From contig KZ539072.1 in NCBI GenBank assembly GCA_000934665.2, positions 1 through 34,208 on the forward strand: DNA of 34,208 nucleotides, read 5' to 3'. The notes under the pieces are model-generated. The model made no database searches and had not been told where the DNA came from. It saw nothing but the letters and a program-made list of their open reading frames with translations. This DNA comes from Catajapyx aquilonaris. Lineage: Eukaryota. Below are positions 21,696 to 34,208 of the stretch, piece after piece. Position numbers and translations under genes: made by a program. Within the stretch, counting starts at the first letter, position 1, and each line of letters opens with the position of its first letter.

Positions 21696-21954
21696 AAGTT
21701 TTATACATTTTTGGTCCATTTGCCATTAGTATGAAGACTGCAGGTCCAAGAAGATAAGGACATATTTGGGTTTGGAAGCTCTTTTAATGGACTTGATCAT
21801 GGATATTCTGATGTTTGGAAGAAACTATTTTGATTCCAAAGCGGCATCAAAAAGTTTGGTTTTTAAAATTTGATCAATACCTGATGCTTTGATTAATTTC
21901 GATTGGCACCTAAAATGAAGACTGCAATGTCTACTTGGGGTATCCCCAAAATAT

Positions 21955-22309
21955 GGGGAGGCGTGGTGGTCGAGACGGTAAAGTCTCAGCTTGCTGTGCG
22001 AAAGGTCCCAGGTTCGAGCCCCGCCCAGGAGTTCCCATTTGCCTGCGTCAGAAGGGTCTCTGACCCGCGCCTCGGAGGCATATGGCAACCTAACCTCCAG
22101 GGAGACTGCACATGACCCAGTTTCAGACATTGCATATGCACTCGTGTCTCCTCCCCAAAAATCCCATCCCTACCCCATGTCCTTACTTCCATGCATGGAG
22201 TTGAAGAAAAACAAGAAAAACCAAAGATGGAAAATATGGTGAAGTTCCACCCCCATAAAAGAGCGATATCCTTTCAATGGGGTAAATAAAAGAACATTTT
22301 TAAAAAAAC
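21955..22309 (+). mobile_element. SINE family B copy 3
   Basis: GGGGAGGCGTGGTGGTCGAGACGG head, GGTTCGAGCCC B box, TSD atccccaaaatat (21942-21954, 22310-22322). Confidence 0.9.
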
Positions 22310-22992
22310 ATCCCCAAAATATGGAGACCCACAGTGTGAATTTAGGATGCTTATAGTTGTGTCCAGATTTGTGGATAACTTGTGTAGACATTATGGGTTT
22401 CATTTTAAAGGAAGGGTTGAGTGATTTTGCATGTTGGGCTTCAAAGATTCCAAAAATGTGGTCGGTTTTTTAACCTGACGCCGCGTAAGCAAATGACATT
22501 AGGTGAAAGTCACAACCGTTACAGTAGTATTCGATACAGTAATTGTACAGCTAGCCCCGCCTGTGGAGATTCCGATAACCTGCAAGGACAAGGACCCAAT
22601 GAGATTGGCTTACCCACAAAGTCAATATATTTGAACTAGGAAGTGGATGGATCACATGGCCCTTCCTCCGACACCATCACATGTGGGTAGTGTATTCCTC
22701 GTCTCTCGCTCCGGATTATACCTCGCGACACTACCCGTCTTGGTAAGTCTCGAACTCGTACAGAAGTATCCCGTCGTGGGCAACACTTGGCCACATGGTC
22801 TGATCACTTGCGTCCCTCTCGCCCACCCTCCGACCTTCCCTTCTCATTCTCCCCTGCCTTCCCATGGCCCGTGGCACCTGGGGCGGGTTCTGCTCAGGTC
22901 GAAAACACAAAAACCTTGCTTGCACGTGGTTTGTTGCTATGGGGGTGGCCATCTTTTTCTCGTGCTTAGAGCTTCCACCCTTGCCGCTAGAG

Positions 22993-23250
22993 CAGGGGTG
23001 GGCAAACTACAGCCCGTGAAGAAAATTTGTGTGGCCTGCACACAAATTTTGGAATTCTTGAAATTTGTGAAAAATAAAAAATGGCACAATTTTTATATAA
23101 ACTTTTCATATCTAATATTATTATCGATTATAAATAATGACCATATAATTGTCCACTTTTTATTAGGTTGAAATTTCCTTGTTAGATGTGGCTCGCCAAA
23201 ATTTTTTGGTCTCTCTGTGGCCCACGGAGCAAAAAGTTTGCCCACCCCTG
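22993..23250. mobile_element. hAT MITE
   Basis: TIRs CAGGGGTGGGCAAACT / AGTTTGCCCACCCCTG; perfect 8-bp TSD cgctagag. Confidence 0.9.
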
Positions 23251-23711
23251 CGCTAGAGGGAACCAGTGTTCGGGATTGATTTTAAATAAATTTGACTTGG
23301 ACTTGAAATTTTATGCTTATGGTGCATTTGCTACCAGAACGGACTGGATATTCAGTCCTGCTTGATTTTTGAAGCCCAACATGCAAAATCACTGAACCTT
23401 CCTTTAAGGACCATGCAAAAGAATTGTAGGGAAAACCCCAAATCAAATTTTAATGGCTTTCAGGTTTTTTTTTGTGCCTTTTCACAAACTTCGAAAAACA
23501 TGACCATCTTACAGTTTGTTGTGGGAACTTGCTCTGCTGAGGTGTAGTTATATCGGAGAGAATTTTAGCTGAGGACAGCGTGATAAGGGAAGGAAAAATC
23601 ATGAGAGTGGTGCCACTGAAACTGAATGGAGTTCTCACAGTACGGTTTGGGGCTTGAATGGCAAAGTTTGTTGTGTTATATGAATGTGATTATGGCAAAA
23701 ATAATCATGTA

Positions 23712-24252
23712 CCGCATTTACGCGCATATAAGACGCACCCCGGTTTTGAGGCAAAAAATCGTGGAAAATCTGTTGTTGACTCATATAAGACGCACCCAGA
23801 TTTATTGCCGTAGTTTGGGAACTGGCCTCGAGCTGCCGGCAGCAACCTCGTGTGCAATGCATGTGCAATGCATGTGCGTGTGGAATCCATTAGAATCCAG
23901 TAGGGGGNGGGGGGGGGCAAGTGGAAAATGGGACAATGCTACGCATCTGAAACGTATAGGTGGCAAGGTCACACCGGAATTGTGCACGTGTGTGGACGGG
24001 GAGAGCATAACAATGGAAGTGAAGGAGAAACGCAGGTCGTACCGTGCCGATTTCAAGAGGAAAGGGATCAACTGTGCTGACAGGACATCAAACTGACAAG
24101 CTTAAATATTTCAATAAACGATTTTCACGATTTCTCACGGGTTTCACCCGTTGTGCCCTGCCATATAAGACGCACACGCGTATAAGACGCACCCTACTTT
24201 TTGAGCTACAAAAATCGGAAAAAAGGTGCGTCTTATATGCGAGTAAATACGG
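23712..24252 (+). mobile_element. pogo/Tc2-like internally deleted transposon
   Basis: TA|CCGCATTTACGCGCATATAAGACGCACC...GGTGCGTCTTATATGCGAGTAAATACGG|TA; repeated ATAAGACGCAC; remnant MEVKEKRRSYRADFK resembles the Brinker-type DNA-binding N-terminus of pogo transposases. Confidence 0.82.
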
Positions 24253-24318
24253 TAGTTTAAAAAGTGCAGTACAAACAGATTGCTTTGAGATGAGAACCTC
24301 TACTTTAATGCATTCCAG

Positions 24319-24893
24319 TGTGCAGCATGAATGTCCACAAGAGATGTCAGAAGAATGTGGCGAACAACTGTGGCATCAATACAAAGCAGATGGCTGAGAT
24401 CCTGGCCACAATGGGTATTACTACCCAGAAGCTGAACCTTCGCAAGAAAAAAGCCTCAATATCAGAGTCACCCAATCGCATGACCACTCCTTCATTACAA
24501 GAGCGCTCCATTTCTTCCCCTTTGCCCATCCTAGAATCAGAGGAAGGGGCTGGAATGGGTGGGTCAAGTAGTAGTAGCAGCACCAGTGTAAGTGGTGCCA
24601 CATCAAAGACAGTGACCAAGTCAACCCCAGAGCAAGAAGAGGAACTCAGGCTACGTCTGGAGGCACAGAAAGTAATGGAAGAGAAGATGAGAGAGAAGAT
24701 GAGGGACATGGATCTGAAAGACAAGGTGAAGGGTGGGGTCTCCGCCATTGATGCCCTGGTAGAAAGAGCCAACAGGGAAGGAAGGAAGGTGGGCCTGGAG
24801 GACTTTGCTTTCATCAAGGTGCTAGGAAAGGGCAGCTTTGGAAAGGTCATGCTGGCTGAGCGAAAGGGGACTGATGAAGTGTATGCTGTCAAG
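24319..24893 (+). CDS. Pkc98E: PKC exon 7 (end of C1B, hinge, kinase Gly-rich loop)
   Basis: ttccag|(V)[18 protein letters not shown]...[28 protein letters not shown]|gtgaga. Confidence 0.94.
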
Positions 24894-25170
24894 GTGAGAG
24901 TCACTACATGTTTTGTTACCAGAGGTGGAGAGATTGGGTGGTGGTGCAGTTCTGGGAAGGAAATATTTATAATAGTTGATTTTAATCCGCCTCGTAATAC
25001 TCGTAATAAACGAGGGGGACAGGTGTAACCTGGACTCCGATGGCTACCCCTGTATACGGGATTTATGCCACGACGTGAAGTGAAGAAGTTAATTGAAATT
25101 ATTGCAAACTTGAATTATTTCACGCATTATTTTAAATCATGCTAAATTATCTCCTAAATTAATTGAATCC

Positions 25171-25493
25171 GGGGAAGGCGAGGTAGCCGAGATGGTAACG
25201 TCTCGGCTTGCTGTGCGAAAGGTCCCGGGTTCTAATCCCCGCCCGGGAGTTACCTTTCGCCTGCGTCAGTGGGTCTCTGGCCCGCGCCTAAGGCGGCGTC
25301 TTGGCAACCGGCCTCCTGGGGGACTGCACATGACCCTTTTCCGACATTGCACTTGCACCTGTGTCCCCTCCCTATTCCCCCATCCTTACCCTACTTCCTT
25401 AATGACCTTGCATGGAGTCTGAAGAAAAAATGGAAAATTGGCACGGATGGTGGTAATCCACCCCCATAAAAGGGCTTCGTTCCCTCCAATGGG

Positions 25494-25547
<54 letters not shown>

Positions 25548-25553
25548 AATAAT
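25171..25553 (+). mobile_element. SINE family B copy 4 with (TTA)n tail
   Basis: Homologous head and body; microsatellite tail 25495-25553; TSD not evident. Confidence 0.85.
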
Positions 25554-25602
25554 AGAAACCAATCGGAAGTTAAGTAAGGCTGCAAGATATATATTCTGCT
25601 AA

Positions 25603-25902
25603 TCTTCTATATAAATAAAGCCGTTTGTGAGTCTGTCGTCTCTTTCCGTCTGTCCGCCTGCCAATCCTCATCTGCCTGCCACCTGTGTTCCACCCCCAGG
25701 ACTGAAGAGGGACGTGTTGGGAGTTGCCGACCGATGGCAGGCAAATGACGGTTGCCGTTATTCAGGCGGGAGAGGTTGAAGGTGTTGGAGACAGATGGCA
25801 TTGGTGGGCGGACACACACAAAGACAGACAGTTTACGGGGCTACTGGCAGGTGTTTTCCCTTCATGCATTTCTTCCCGGGCAATGCCGGGTGCCGCATCT
25901 AG
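25603..25902 (+). mobile_element. Short non-autonomous Helitron (300 bp)
   Basis: A|TCTTCTATATAAATAAAG 5' end; 3' hairpin CCCGGGCAATGCCGGG followed by CTAG|T. Confidence 0.85.
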
Positions 25903-27040
25903 TAAACAATAAAATTGATTGCCTACAGGTGATTTTGCACACAGTTTATGAGAAGGGGAGAGGGAGGATAGCAGGTCACAAATTGTGGGACTTTTTGGGA
26001 ATACTTCAAAAGGTGTATTTTATTGCACAAAAGTTGCCTCCTCCAACCCATGTTCACCATGTTGGCATATGGCATGTGGCTGCCACAGCTGACTGTAAAC
26101 AAACTTATTTTGGAAAAGGCATCACTTGAGATCACTGACAACTGCAGGAAGAGGGTGCTGTCACATCACGATGGTGCACAAAAAATATGAATTGGAAATA
26201 GGTCTTTTTGTTATATGTTAAGCTGCCAGATTTCCAATTTTATGATCCTTTGATGATACAAGTCATTTTGTAAGTCTGCAATGTTGCCAGTGCATGTGGC
26301 ATGGTTATGGGGTCTATTTATGGGCATCTCTGGGACTTGTCCCCGACCTCGTCTTACCTTTTCGCCAATTTGTGCAGATCACACTCTCCGTCACCCTGGC
26401 CCTCAATCCCATGTCTCATCTTTTGAAAAGTTTCTTTGATCAAACCTTGGCCCTTGGCCTGATCCCTGGTCATTGTAACTGGCCAATAAAAGATGAGAAT
26501 TTGGGCACAGAATCTCACTTATAAACAGATGACGTGCCACAAATGCTTGCCACATTCAAATATGAAGGGGAAAATCAATCAAGCATTTACATGCTTCGTG
26601 TGCGTACCAGAGTACCATAATTTCAGTGTCTGTATTTCTGGCTCTAGGGGCAATGGGGGTTGGAGGTAGGAACTAACTGGCAACCCTGAAGGACCAAGAG
26701 AGGGACAAACACTTGCGTTTGCTTGTATGTAAAGCTTTGGTGGGCGGATGCGAACAAAGAACTATGCTGAAGGACTGGGGACCATAACAGGGACTCCCTT
26801 GTGTAGCCCCCTTGAGTGTGTTGATCCAAGTGTGTCTTGCTTTGTCACTCTCTTTCTCATTTTTATGACATAGTTAATTTGAAAAGCAAAGTGGTAGGAT
26901 AGTGAATATCTCAGGTGCTTCCGAACTTAAAATGCATGCCTAAAAACAGTGCGAGTTGGTACTGTGTTATTTCACCTTACATGAAAGGTGTATAGAGCGA
27001 ACTTACATGCAAGTAGCCTAATTGGCATCTTCAATTTCAG

Positions 27041-27166
27041 GTGCTAAAGAAAGATGTGATAATCCAGGATGACGATGTAGACTGCACGATGACAGAGAAA
27101 AGGATCCTGGCTCTAGCTGCAAAGCATCCCTTCCTTACTGCCCTCCATTCCTGCTTCCAGACAAAG
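27041..27166 (+). CDS. Pkc98E: PKC exon 8 (kinase N-lobe)
   Basis: tttcag|[42 protein letters not shown]|gtcagt. Confidence 0.95.
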
Positions 27167-28831
27167 GTCAGTTGTAGTGTATTAACCCTGTGTCTCCCGG
27201 GTCCTGGAATGTTGTACAATCATACAACGGTATATAATTTAAAAAAAAAAATTATTGGTATCAACCGGACGGAAATGTCTTTCACCATAATCTTAGGAAA
27301 TGTTTGTAGTTTATATGTTCAAGAGCATTTTCGCTGACACTTGATATTGTTAATGACATGACATCATAGGCCAAAACTCGTTCATTGTAAACAAACTCTT
27401 AAATGCAAGAATTTAAATAGGCATAGCTCCCTGTTGCATTTTTCCCGGTATGTGGACGTGAAGCAGAAAACCATTTTTAAAAATCCCAGAAATTCTGCGA
27501 CTTATTTTTCGTAGGAGAAAAAATTCTGATGACAGCTCAAGACTACTCCCCTTGCCGCACTTCCCCATGAGCCAGTGGGAAGAAACCTTGCTCCTGATTG
27601 GTCTAGCCGACTGCCCTGAGCAGCTCTAGGCAACCAGGTGGAAGCATCACAACAGCTGAGCCACCTGCGTGTTTACCTGGGGACTCACATTACCGTCTTT
27701 AAAACCGGACCTTTAAAGTTTTTTACACGGACACCTAATGTTTTCATTATTCAGCACAGGAAGCTGGCATTGATATAGAATTTTCTTGGATTTCTTCCAT
27801 GTGCCCTACTTCCTCAATACGCCAAAAATCAGTGTTGGAGATTATAATAATAATCAGTGTTGGAAATAGAGTGAATGGTGGTGATGCATGAGTTTCATAA
27901 GGCGGCATCATGCCCTCTGTGGACAAGCAACATAATTATATTTATCATACGGTGTGGATACATCTAGTGGATGAACAGAGCACGAAATTGGGGGTGCATG
28001 TTTCACTTATTTCCTCCCAGGGTGCCTGATTTAAACCCTGCTAAAGAGGGCAAAAACTCACGGTAGACATAGGGTTGAAAAGGAGGAGGGGAAAGATCGA
28101 TGACCATTTTTATGTTGGATTCAGGAAAGTATGTGGAGTGAAGTGGTTGTATGTTGATATCTGATGAGGTGGTTGTTGTATTAGATGTTTCTAAAGGAGA
28201 GATGGGTCTTGTAAGACAATGCACATAGCTGTAGACTGAGCATAGTTGTTATCAGCATTGCATTCATTGTTTATGAATTGAATACTAATAAGACCTGTAA
28301 GCATCTGTACAACAACAGGATTGCTTTTCTGTGGGGAGGGTGTTTTGGGGTCATAGTCATTTCACATACTACACAACAACCCTAATCACTATTAGCATGC
28401 TAGTAAAGTAAAAATAGTTTGGGCATAAAAGTATTTTGATGCATTTCCTTCCCCCAAAAATCTTCAGCATCACAATTACACATCCTGTTAGCTGCTATAG
28501 CCCACAATTGGCCCAGCTGTCAAAGTATTTTTCAAGTCATGGTACCAGGTTGTGTCAACCTGTGTTCAGCACTTGGGCCCCTGAACCTAGTCCTTAAGTT
28601 TCTTGGTCATTTCCTAGGCTGTTGACTGTCAAAAATTTCATTGAGTTAGTGAAATGAGCAAGTCACTCTATCTGAACCGTGGCCAATGACTGAATGGTAC
28701 TCAGATATGCCCCACTTGATATGTTGAAGAAGCATATAAGCCTGACTGATTGTCACATTCTTACATAGGCATAGGCCAAGGAATCACCCTGTATGCCCAT
28801 GACCTGGGAGTTACTGATCACCCAGTGTATG

Positions 28832-29340
28832 CAGGGTGTTTCTTACTAGAGTGACATCCAACTGACAGTGGACTCATTGGCCCAACACAAACCTAAAGTG
28901 TAGAGATGAGAAATGTCAAGGCACCGACCAGTAATGAATTAACATTTCTTTGTTCCTAGATGTAGGCACCAACCCACAGTACAGCTGCTGGCTGGCGTAT
29001 TTACCTGTGCATATTCATTGGTTGTCTAGGGAACAGTATGTGGGTAGATAGGGTTACTGCACATGAGGCAACGAATTTGTAAGGTTGCCTTCTACTGAGC
29101 AAATAGTGTCATGCAACTTGTATTCTGCTCTCTAGGCAACCGTGGCATGTGCCTGGATATTGTGCATGGCAACAGCTGCACTGTGGGTTTCTGCATATGC
29201 TTAGGGACAAGAAGATTTTTATCATTGTCAGCATTGTTACTGGTTGGTGTCTTGATATTCTCACCCACACATTTTAGATTTGTATTGGGCCAACAAGAAC
29301 ATTGCGCCGGCTGGATGTTTCATCCATAAGAAACGCCCTG
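28832..29340. mobile_element. Diverged Tc1/mariner-type MITE with ~150-bp arms
   Basis: CAGGGTGTTTCTTA... / ...TAAGAAACGCCCTG|TA; the arms align by eye. Confidence 0.7.
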
Positions 29341-29413
29341 TATAACATGAACTATTTTATAGTGGTTTATTTCACAAGTTTAAATGATAATTTGGGAACA
29401 GAGTAAAATATAA

Positions 29414-29932
<519 letters not shown>

Positions 29933-30469
29933 TGACTGCCATTTTATACATTGACTGAACCTATCCTTCATCAAGTTAATTTACAAACTTGTAGTGGAGC
30001 AAGTAAACATGACCCCTACAAGTAGTGATAACTAAAAGCATCCCTGATACTTGGAACACACTGTCTATGGTACAGTCTTATAAGGCATGACAAACAGATT
30101 ACACTGTGACTGCTATTACTGAAGAGCTGATGAACCCTTTGGCTCCCACATTTTTATTATAATATGCATGAAAGAAAAATTTGCAGCTCTTAGTTAAGTA
30201 AAGTGAGCCTTCTCATGGGTTTCATAACATATGGTAAGATTTGGATTTTAGGATTCCACCAAGAATGTAGTGCCCATATTGCAGGGTGAGAATTACAAGG
30301 TTTAACTACATAGGATTTTCATTGCAGTTACAACCTTGTAATTCTCACCCCATGATATGCAAATTTTGTTGTGCAATATTGAAACCATTCCGTACCGTCA
30401 CAGTTCAAAATCTTGAGCTGCAATGTATCATATTTATGATAATTCCCTATTGTAATTTCGTTTGTTCAG

Positions 30470-30767
30470 GTGGGCTTTAGGTGTCCTGATGTATGAGATG
30501 ATGGCAGGCCAGCCCCCTTTTGAAGCAGACAATGAGGATGACCTGTTTGAATCAATCCTTCATGATGATGTGTTGTACCCAGTGTGGCTGAGCAAGGAAG
30601 CTGTGTCCATTCTCAAGGGCTTTATGACCAAGAACCCAGCCAAACGACTGGGCTGCGTTGCAGGACAGGGCTGTGAAGCTGCCATCAGGGCACACCAGTT
30701 CTTCAGGGACATGGACTGGGAAGCACTCGAGAGCAGGAGGGTGAAGCCACCCTTCAAGCCCAAAATC
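30470..30767 (+). CDS. Pkc98E: PKC exon 10 (C-lobe, PxxP); the last exon(s) with turn/hydrophobic motifs lie beyond the window
   Basis: ttcag|(W)[30 protein letters not shown]...VKPPFKPKI|gtaagt. Confidence 0.95.
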
Positions 30768-31280
30768 GTAAGTGTTCTCTATTTGATGTTTAATGAAGTG
30801 TAGCTGTGAAGCCCTCATTTTGTAATGTTTCTAAAATGGAGATATGTCAGGTTCCAAATATCCGGTGAGAAACCTGAAAAAGTTGTACAGAACGTAGAAC
30901 GAAAGTAACCAAAAACAGAAGTATGGAATAATAAAACGACTTATTATTGGGCCCAAAAAATTATTACAACACAAAAAGAAATTGACAACTAAAGAACAAA
31001 AATGAATGAGGTCAAAATTTTAGTTAACACATACGCTGGTTACATAGTATGTGGTGCACGGTGGTGCAATTGGGGGAGGGAATGCATGATCGCTTATTCT
31101 TACCCATGATGGCAAGTTGTCCCACTTTGCATTGTTGGATTTTGGCAGCTGGATGGAAGTGAGGGTCAACAGCCATAAGTCGCAGTAGAGGTGTGGATCA
31201 GCGTTTAAAATTACTTTAACAATCTGTAGGTAAAATTTTGAAAAGCAAATCTGCTGTCCCAAGGAGAAACACCCTCTCGG

Positions 31281-31458
31281 TTTTTTGTTTTTAATACCCT
31301 GTGATAGGGCCAGGGGCCCTCTTAGGGGGAGAAGAGGAGGTTCCCAAGTTAGGGCGCTCTTAAGTAGTCATTTCTGACCCTTTTAAATACCATACCTTTT
31401 CTCTTGGCTCTGGGCAGAGGAGGAAGTGCAATTCTGGCCAGACATGTCGGGGAAACAC
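31281..31458 (-). mobile_element. Diverged, 5'-truncated SINE family A copy
   Basis: The reverse complement aligns to ~3280-3445 (cagaattgcacttcc...gtcagaaatg...gcgccc...ttgggaac...cccctaagaggg...ctatcac). Confidence 0.75.
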
Positions 31459-31826
31459 CCTATCTCCAAAACTAGTAACTGGGTGAAAGTCGCATGCATT
31501 GCACTAATCCCCCCTGCCGCATGTACACGACCATCACCCTTGCTAGATTTGGAGATAGGGTGCTTCTCCTTAGGACGACAGAAATGCGGAGGGAGGGAAG
31601 TTACATCTTACTTATCAACTGCCAAGTCTAGGGACAAAGCCTCCAGTCTTGCTCAAGTTCCAATATAAGGAACAATTTTGATTGTTACTGTTAATTAAAC
31701 GCTTGACTAACTTTTGATTAGTTTGAATTGACCGCATCACCCAAGTATAGACACAACACTATTAGCTGGGCTGATGGTGACTCTCGAGCAGCCCCCGAAC
31801 ACTTATACTATGTTCTGGTGTTATCA

Positions 31827-31976
31827 CCTGCCGAGGCATTTTGCAGCGGGTGCTCACCTGAGAGCGCCATGAGACATTTAGGGGGCCACAGAAAGTGGCG
31901 ACCCTACTGGACTAGGCTGAACTAAATGTCTCATGGCACTCTCAGGTGAGCACCCGCTGCAAAACGCCCCGGCAGG
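31827..31976. repeat. GC-rich inverted repeat (55-bp arms, 40-nt spacer)
   Basis: 31827-31881 vs 31922-31976; 3 mismatches, all transitions. Confidence 0.9.
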
Positions 31977-32457
31977 GGGTGGGTGGGAGTGACCAGACCT
32001 TACTTATATGACTGTGCTCTAGAGTGAGGAAGGAAGATGCAAGCCAACAAAAATCTGAGTTACCGCATTCCAAATTCACAACTTACATTTCCCTACTCAG
32101 CAACATGGGTGAAAATGAGGGCTCAGCTCGTGGGAAGCCATACATCAAGAGAAATATTAGTAGAACGAAAGTAAAAGTGGTGAAATTTTGGGGCACAACA
32201 TATGTATGTCAGGTAATTACTAATGTTGTAAAGGTACAGGGTGGTCCAAAAGTTATATTGCAGTGATTGCATTGCTATATCTAATGTAGTTGCTTTTTAG
32301 GAAGCGTAAATTCAGTGTTGTGGAGTTGGTGCAATACTTGTGGACCATACTGCTTCTTTATTGTGATTTTTTTGACTCCATGTAAGGTGGCCCTGCTCCT
32401 TTGGCAAAAAAAGGAGTTTCATATGCGTCAATTAGAATGTACATCAGCCAGTATGTA

Positions 32458-33170
32458 CAGGGTGGCACTGGTAAATTAGGACACATTTTGCAGTCTAACA
32501 GTACAAAGACAACAATATGTAGATTACTGTCATTGACATACCAACAAGCTGTGTCTCTTGGGTTTACAAAACTGCCATGGTCAACATTGTGAACTGCTCC
32601 ATGACCAGCCAATAGGATGAGAGCCACGACTATCGTGGCTGTCCAAGCCAAAAGGAGATAGTGGAGTTCCTCAAGCTCCCAAAAGAGCCAGATTTACTGG
32701 ATAAAAAAGAACTCTGATGCTGCCGAGAACCAGAAGGAGTTATTTTTTGTCGAGAAGTTTGAGAAGAAGGAGAGGACCCTGCAAGTCCATATGCGTCCTG
32801 GCCAAAGAGAATGATGTGCACCACAAGGTCACCTCCAAGATGGTGAAAGAGGACTTGAATGAAGTCCTATTCTTGAGGACTGGCCGTCTTTTGCCAGACG
32901 CCACGAAGGAGAGACGTAAGGTACCAGTGGGGGTCGGACTTATGGCCCCGCAGCTTCCCAAACTGCAACCCCCTTGATTACTACATGGGTGTGTGGCGTG
33001 CTTGAGAGAGGGGTTGACAAGGTCCCTAACAATTCCTGAGATCAAGTCAAGATAACCATTTCCGAGGTGATAGGCACATGGAAAAGGATGTCCTCACCAA
33101 GGCCTGTGAACCCTTTAGGTCTCTCCTAATGGCTGTTGTGGCCACCAGTGGTGGACACATTGAAAAATGC
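32458..33170 (+). pseudogene. Degenerate Tc1/mariner (maT-like) transposase remnant
   Basis: TA|CAGGGTGG start; broken frames give LWPRSFPNCNPLDYY and AVVATSGGHIEK, like WPPNSPDLNPLDY...AVVxAxGGHIE. Confidence 0.6.
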
Positions 33171-33225
33171 AAAGTGTAGATACAGTACTTATGTTTGACA
33201 TAATTCATTGTAATCATCTATTGTA

Positions 33226-33897
33226 CAGGGTGGGGCAAAAATCATGGGCGGATTAAAACGACACAGCATGGCGTAAGTAACGAACAATTATATTTAAAAA
33301 AATTACACTACACAGAGAAAGATATGCCATTTATGTATCAAGGTCCAAAAAAGTCACTTCTTGAAAACAACACCGGATAGATGTCCACCTTTGCGGGCAA
33401 CACATATTCCTCCAAATGCTGGACGAAACCCTTCATAACGCGCTCCAGCATGTCCAGGGGAATGTTTTTCACAGCGTGTCTTATCTGATCCATAAGATCA
33501 GCCAATGACTGAGGACGTGTGGCGAACACCGAACAAATTATAAGTCAAGTTTTTCCTGGGAGGGTCATTTCGAGATTTGGGGACATTCCTTGGCCGTTGC
33601 GGTCGCTGGATTTGACCACCCCCGACTTCTTCTTGTGGGGTACCTGAAGAGTTTGGTGTTCGCCACACGTCCTCAGTCATTGGCTGATCTTAAGGATCAG
33701 ATAAGACACACTGTGAGAAACATTTCCCTGCTGGACATGCTGGAGTGCGTTATGAAGGGTTTTGTCCGGCGCTTGGAGGAATAATGTGTTGCCTGCAAAG
33801 GTGGACATCTATCCAGTGTGGTTTTCAAGAAGTGACTTTTATGGACCTTGATCCATAAATGGCATATCTTTCTCTTTGTAGTGTAATTTTTAAAAAA
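33226..33897. mobile_element. Second Tc1/mariner fold-back element, interrupted at its right end
   Basis: TA|CAGGGTGGGGC start; ~240-bp inverted arms (33294-33530 vs 33654-33897); the spacer encodes FPGRVISRFGDIPWPLRSLDLTTPDFFLWGYLKS. Confidence 0.85.
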
Positions 33898-33899
33898 TA

Positions 33900-34208
33900 C
33901 AGTCGAATCCCTCTATAACGAATCCGGATATAACGAAAATCCGCTTATAACGAAAGAAAATTTGTGACTGTCAGACGCCCCATATAAACCCATGTTCAAA
34001 ATATCCGCTTTTAACGAAAGGATTTTCGGTTTCGGTTTTCATATAACGAAAAAATTTCGCTCTTCCAGTCCCACCTCTCGGGCGGAAGTTGGCAAATAAA
34101 TCACCATCTGTGTGTTCGGGATTCAACCTTTTCTCACACCTTCCGTCCAAAAGTTGATAATTTGGGGTCCTAATGGAAGGGAAAGGATTCTCTTGGGGGG
34201 GGGGGGGG
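33900..34208. mobile_element. Tigger/pogo-like element left end, nested at a TA (runs off window)
   Basis: TA|CAGTCGAATCCCTCTATAACGAA with repeated ATAACGAA subterminal motifs. Confidence 0.75.

Noticed and set aside
22647..23171. 174-aa ORF and GGGTAGTGT/ACACTACCC stem
   Set aside because: The ORF runs through a hAT MITE; no ribozyme or protein motif recognised; probably an unclassified repeat.
24347..24904. 185-aa antisense ORF
   Set aside because: Shadow of PKC exon 7.
27860..28260. Possible very old Tc1 transposase fragment (PRVPDLNP)
   Set aside because: Single weak motif; no TIRs defined.

Overview
Eukaryotic (animal, most likely arthropod/insect) genomic DNA with spliceosomal GT-AG introns, so most ORFs in the supplied track are spurious. 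Three host genes were reconstructed by hand. (1) The last three coding exons of PPP1R21/FERRY Fy-2 (+, 1702-12537). (2) A complete 3-exon, 150-aa mitochondrial Fe-S assembly gene ISCA2 (-, 13059-13781), tail-to-tail with PPP1R21. (3) Ten exons (717 codons; C-terminal tail exon outside the window) of a novel PKC epsilon/Pkc98E gene (+, 14585-30767+), head-to-head with ISCA2 across a GC/CpG-rich ~800-bp interval. The introns are packed with short non-autonomous elements: four tRNA-derived SINE families (mostly with TSDs), two Helitrons, and hAT, Harbinger, Tc1/mariner and pogo/Tigger MITEs, several forming long hairpins. No clearly new protein-coding system was found. The most interesting signals are RNA-level and regulatory: a putative uORF-removing 5'UTR intron in PKC, inverted SINE pairs around the PKC hinge exon, fold-back transposase fragments in introns, three SINE families sharing one 3' tail, and a promoter-like Helitron with a duplicated 3' end.
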